Part shown: positions 61,214 through 64,000 of the stretch, piece by piece | How the letters are laid out: each line of letters begins with the position of its first letter | Position numbering within the stretch: the stretch's first letter is position 1 | NCBI GenBank assembly: GCA_964486065.1 | Contig: CAZAKN010000004.1 | Span: 15,705 to 79,704, forward strand | DNA: 64,000 nt | Source of the DNA: an uncultured Gammaproteobacteria bacterium | Lineage (GTDB): Bacteria > Patescibacteriota > Patescibacteriia > UBA11705 > JABHMO01 | Direction: 5' to 3' | The notes under the pieces: generated by a model | Databases searched by the model: none | What the model was told of the DNA's origin: nothing | What the model saw: the letters and a program-made list of their open reading frames with translations, nothing else | Position numbers and translations under genes: made by a program

Positions 61214-61294
61214 CTTTCTGTTTCGTCCTTTCGGACTCATCAGCATGGACAACACATCCATGGACAGAAGCAAGTTTTTTTGAGAGAAACTTGC
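61214..61294 (-). ncRNA. type III hammerhead self-cleaving ribozyme (copy B) plus conserved 5' hairpin
   Basis: minus-strand: GCAAGTTTctctcaaaaAAACTTGC-TTCTGTC|CATGGA-tgtgttg-TCCATG-CUGAUGA-GUCC-gaaa-GGAC-GAAAC-AGAA; every helix differs from copy A by compensatory substitutions. Confidence 0.85.
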
Positions 61295-61427
61295 AAAACT
61301 CTTTGTAATCATCTCGAGAATAAGTCTCGGAATCCTCTCCCCCTAGAGGGAATTTTTAATTGCGCCTTTATTTATCCTTGAGGAAAGGGGAAAGGCTAAA
61401 CCTTGTTCGAGTTGATAGTATTGGTGG

Positions 61428-62345
61428 TTAGCCGAGCCGGGACTCGAGCGCCGGGAGGATCGTCTCGTTCCAGACCTTCTCGTTGCAGTGCAGGAGAAAG
61501 GCCACGTTCGAGAGCAGACCCGCCTGTGGCGACGTTTCCGTCCCTTCGGGCACGAGGTTACGCAGATCGATCTCGTCCTGATGCTTGCGCACCACAGCGA
61601 GGGAGTACTGCGTACCGTGACCGCCCGGCTTGCCCGCGATCGGACCGAAGTCCTTACGAACGACCGTGACCTTGGCGCCTTCCGATTCCATCCCACGCGT
61701 GAGCGTGTTCAGATCGGAGCGCTCGGCGCCCACCGAGTCGATGAGGACGACACCCGTGCAGGGCTTGCTCATCTTCTCGGCAAGCAGTCGCTCGGCCTCG
61801 GCCACACCGGCCTCGTACTCCGCCACGCGTCCCTCGAGGTTCGCGCGCGCCTCGGTGTCACCCGAAGCGGCCTTGACGAACGAATCGAACAGCTCGTTTT
61901 TCGCGTTTTCGCTTACTTCCGGCCGCTCTTTGTTGAAGGGGGGCAGGGTTGCGAGAGCGCGGACGGCCGTCCAACCAAGCTCCGTCAGCGTCTCCGCGGA
62001 CTGCTTCGGCCGGACATCGAATACTTCGGCGTCGTCATCCATCCCTTCGTACGAGACACCCACGGCCTTCATGGCCGCGACGAGACCATCGTAGTCGGGG
62101 TCGGCGACGATCACGTCGTAGTCCGAGAACTCTCCAAGCGTGATCAGGGTCGCGCATCCGGGAGCCGTTTTGCGGTCGACGATCTGGGCATTGTCACCCA
62201 AGATCTGCTCGATGGTGTCGGCGGCCTCGGGGTTGCGACCCTCACCCTTGTGGTGGTCACGGATCGTCACGGAGATCCCTTTCTCGACGAGCGACTCGAT
62301 GGTCGCCACGAGATCGGGGGTGGCGCCGGTGTCCACGAAGAGCAC
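61428..62345 (-). CDS. hypothetical protein (305 aa, GTG start; island)
   Basis: long G+C-rich ORF; start uncertain (an ATG with good RBS at 62454 is in another frame). Confidence 0.45.
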   Translation of the reverse strand: MLFVDTGATPDLVATIESLVEKGISVTIRDHHKGEGRNPEAADTIEQILGDNAQIVDRKTAPGCATLITLGEFSDYDVIVADPDYDGLVAAMKAVGVSYEGMDDDAEVFDVRPKQSAETLTELGWTAVRALATLPPFNKERPEVSENAKNELFDSFVKAASGDTEARANLEGRVAEYEAGVAEAERLLAEKMSKPCTGVVLIDSVGAERSDLNTLTRGMESEGAKVTVVRKDFGPIAGKPGGHGTQYSLAVVRKHQDEIDLRNLVPEGTETSPQAGLLSNVAFLLHCNEKVWNETILPALESRLG

Positions 62346-62747
62346 CTTCTGAGCATCGGCCCGGAATGGCCTCGAGTACGTTGGCGGAATCGCTGGCGGA
62401 AAAGAATTTGGAGAAAAAAACGGTCGTGGTGTTGATGGTGGTCTGGATCATTTCTGATCTCCTTCCGTAATTGTGGCCGTGGTTTCTAACCTTGGCCAGA
62501 TTTTTGGATTGTCCTCTACATAGTGCACCATGCACCAGATTCAGACGTACCACTCCCCATGAGTAGCGTTCTGACTACAGTATTTCCCAGCACTCGGTAT
62601 TATTCTCAATACATATCTCGTAAAAGTGATTATTGTTAACACTTACGAAATAAATGAAAAAATTACTGAGTGCTGGGTGAATATAAGCAGAAAGCTACTC
62701 ATGGAATTTTAACCAGCACTCAACTTAGTCCTAAATTTGCTTTATAA

Positions 62748-63008
62748 TATAGATGTATATATTACTTCTATGTCTTACAAAACAAACAGGGTTTATATTA
62801 TGGCTCAACGAATAATCTGAAGCGTCGTCTTAAAGAACATAATCTTAAACAATCTCAAGGTTCGCAATGGAAACTTGTTTATTACGAAGCGTATTTGTCA
62901 GAAACAGACGCTCGTAATCGTGAATCTCAGATCAAACATCATGGTCAAGCCAAAAGTTGGCTCAAGGAACGAATTAAGAATTCCTTGTCCAGCATCTCAC
63001 GGATGTGA
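62748..63008 (+). pseudogene. GIY-YIG nuclease-family small protein, apparently lacking an in-frame start (frameshifted N-terminus)
   Basis: frame-0 translation ...YYFYVLQNKQGLYYGSTNNLKRRLKEHN...WKLVYYEAY...ESQIKHHG... matches the small GIY-YIG family; ATG at 62770 (MSYKTNRVYIMAQRII*) is in a different frame. Confidence 0.5.
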
Positions 63009-63455
63009 GTGCTGGAGGTAAGACCAAGTTGAGTGCTGGTTGTACCTCATTTTAAAAGAACATCTGTGATTCCCCGCGTGGCTAGCAATAAAAAAAGGTA
63101 ATAAATGTTGTAATGCTCTTCAATGCGTCGGAGAGTACCACAACACTTACTACCTTTATATTATATAACTGACCGAAATCGGTTATAAAATAAGTGTGTA
63201 TGTTTGCAATGTTTACCCTGCACTTTTATAGTGCACGGGTCTCTCTCCAGCATTGCTTCCTCATTTATATACGGAATGAGGAACTAGTTTTTAAATCTTT
63301 CATCTTGATTTTGAATTATATAATATTTACGCATTCTTGTCAAATCTTCGGGGTAATGTATACATACCTTTTGTATTTTTTGCACTAAAATAAGGAATTA
63401 TTATTGTGAAGGGGAAATTCAGGATTGCCGAATTTTATTAAACGAGATTATATAT

Positions 63456-63483
63456 TTTATGTTATAATAAAGTTGGAATAATA
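63456..63483 (+). repeat. 28-nt direct repeat, right copy; doubles as promoter (-10 TGTTATAAT) for downstream AhpD-like gene
   Basis: see 56131-56160; -10 lies ~30 nt upstream of ATG 63499. Confidence 0.6.
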
Positions 63484-63498
63484 AATAAAAAAGTAATT

Positions 63499-64000
63499 AT
63501 GTCTCTTCAACCCATTGTACACTTGGTGGCGGATGATGAAGCCAAAAATCAGGCCAAAGAAATTTATGAACAAATAAAAAAGTCCACCGGCAAAGTCCCG
63601 AAATGGATGCGAGTAATGGCCAATTGCGAAGATACCTTACACGGTTTTTTCTTGTTATTTAAATCGGTTATGGATGATGCGCCGACCGATAAATTGCTTA
63701 AATGGAAAATAGCTTTCGCGGTATCGGAAGTCAATAAATGTGAGTATTGCGTCAGTGTTTCCAAAATGCAGTTGAAAAATTTGGGATTGAGTGAAGAAGA
63801 AATGACAGGCATGGAGAAAGCCGGAAATGAAAAAGAACGCGTTGCGCTGGAATATGCCGAAGCCACGGCCAAATGCGCTTATAAAATTGATCCTGAATTG
63901 ATAAAAAAGATGAAAGAAAATTTTACTGATGAGCAAATTGTGGAAATTACCAGCGTTGTCGGTTTGTTCAGCTATATCAATCGTTTCAACGACGCATTAC
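63499..64000 (+). CDS. carboxymuconolactone decarboxylase / AhpD-like family protein (3' end beyond window)
   Basis: ...KWKIAFAVSEVNKCEYCVSV... CMD-family core with CxxC; ORF open to end of window. Confidence 0.65.
   Translation, partial: MSLQPIVHLVADDEAKNQAKEIYEQIKKSTGKVPKWMRVMANCEDTLHGFFLLFKSVMDDAPTDKLLKWKIAFAVSEVNKCEYCVSVSKMQLKNLGLSEEEMTGMEKAGNEKERVALEYAEATAKCAYKIDPELIKKMKENFTDEQIVEITSVVGLFSYINRFNDAL

Noticed and set aside
61428-62345. DHH-family phosphoesterase assignment for the 305-aa island protein (DHH tripeptide at residues 29-31 and GGH later)
   Set aside because: The motif spacing is wrong for DHH/DHHA1: DHH normally lies ~80-100 residues after the DxD motif, and no convincing DxD or GGGH context is present. 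Left as hypothetical.

Overview
This window is low-GC and gene-dense, with an AT-rich, compact bacterial genome organisation. Gene content (ComFC, a lamin-tail-domain protein, a minimal type IV secretion-like module, small secE-nusG-rplK-rplA and dTMP-synthesis operons) is reminiscent of Patescibacteria/CPR. That is inference only, since no database search was possible.

Left to right, the content I can support from the sequence is:
- a MacAB-type efflux operon (HlyD-family adaptor, ABC ATPase, two FtsX/MacB-type permeases);
- two tandem paralogous proteins of unknown function with the same C-terminal tail, GVPTGWII;
- gatB and a thymidylate-synthesis operon (dihydrofolate reductase, dCMP deaminase, dCTP deaminase, thyA, a P-loop kinase and an unknown protein);
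- secE-nusG-rplK-rplA and gyrB;
- a rodA/ftsW-family gene, rplY, thiI and a GT4 glycosyltransferase;
- an ECF sigma factor with an anti-sigma-like partner, followed by a 1222-aa secreted repeat protein;
- an IS200/RAYT-like protein with a degenerate HuH motif and a lamin-tail-domain surface protein;
- a type IV secretion-like module (VirB6/TrbL-like, PrgI/VirB3-like, a VirB4 ATPase split by an in-frame TAA) followed by comFC;
- murG, a P-type cation ATPase, FtsB-like and PpiC-type proteins, ftsEX, tRNA-Thr and two tRNA-Ser.

The most unusual region is 56.1-63.5 kb. It holds a ~6 kb block, visibly G+C-rich (56.6-62.5 kb), of minus-strand genes: a DEAH-box helicase, a 707-aa zinc-ribbon protein and two small proteins. 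The block carries two canonical type III hammerhead ribozyme motifs on the coding strand, at 56393-56448 and 61214-61270. The two copies show compensatory base changes in all their stems. They bracket about 4.8 kb and three genes. The region is flanked by a 28-nt direct repeat and a GIY-YIG nuclease remnant surrounded by a repeated 10-mer.
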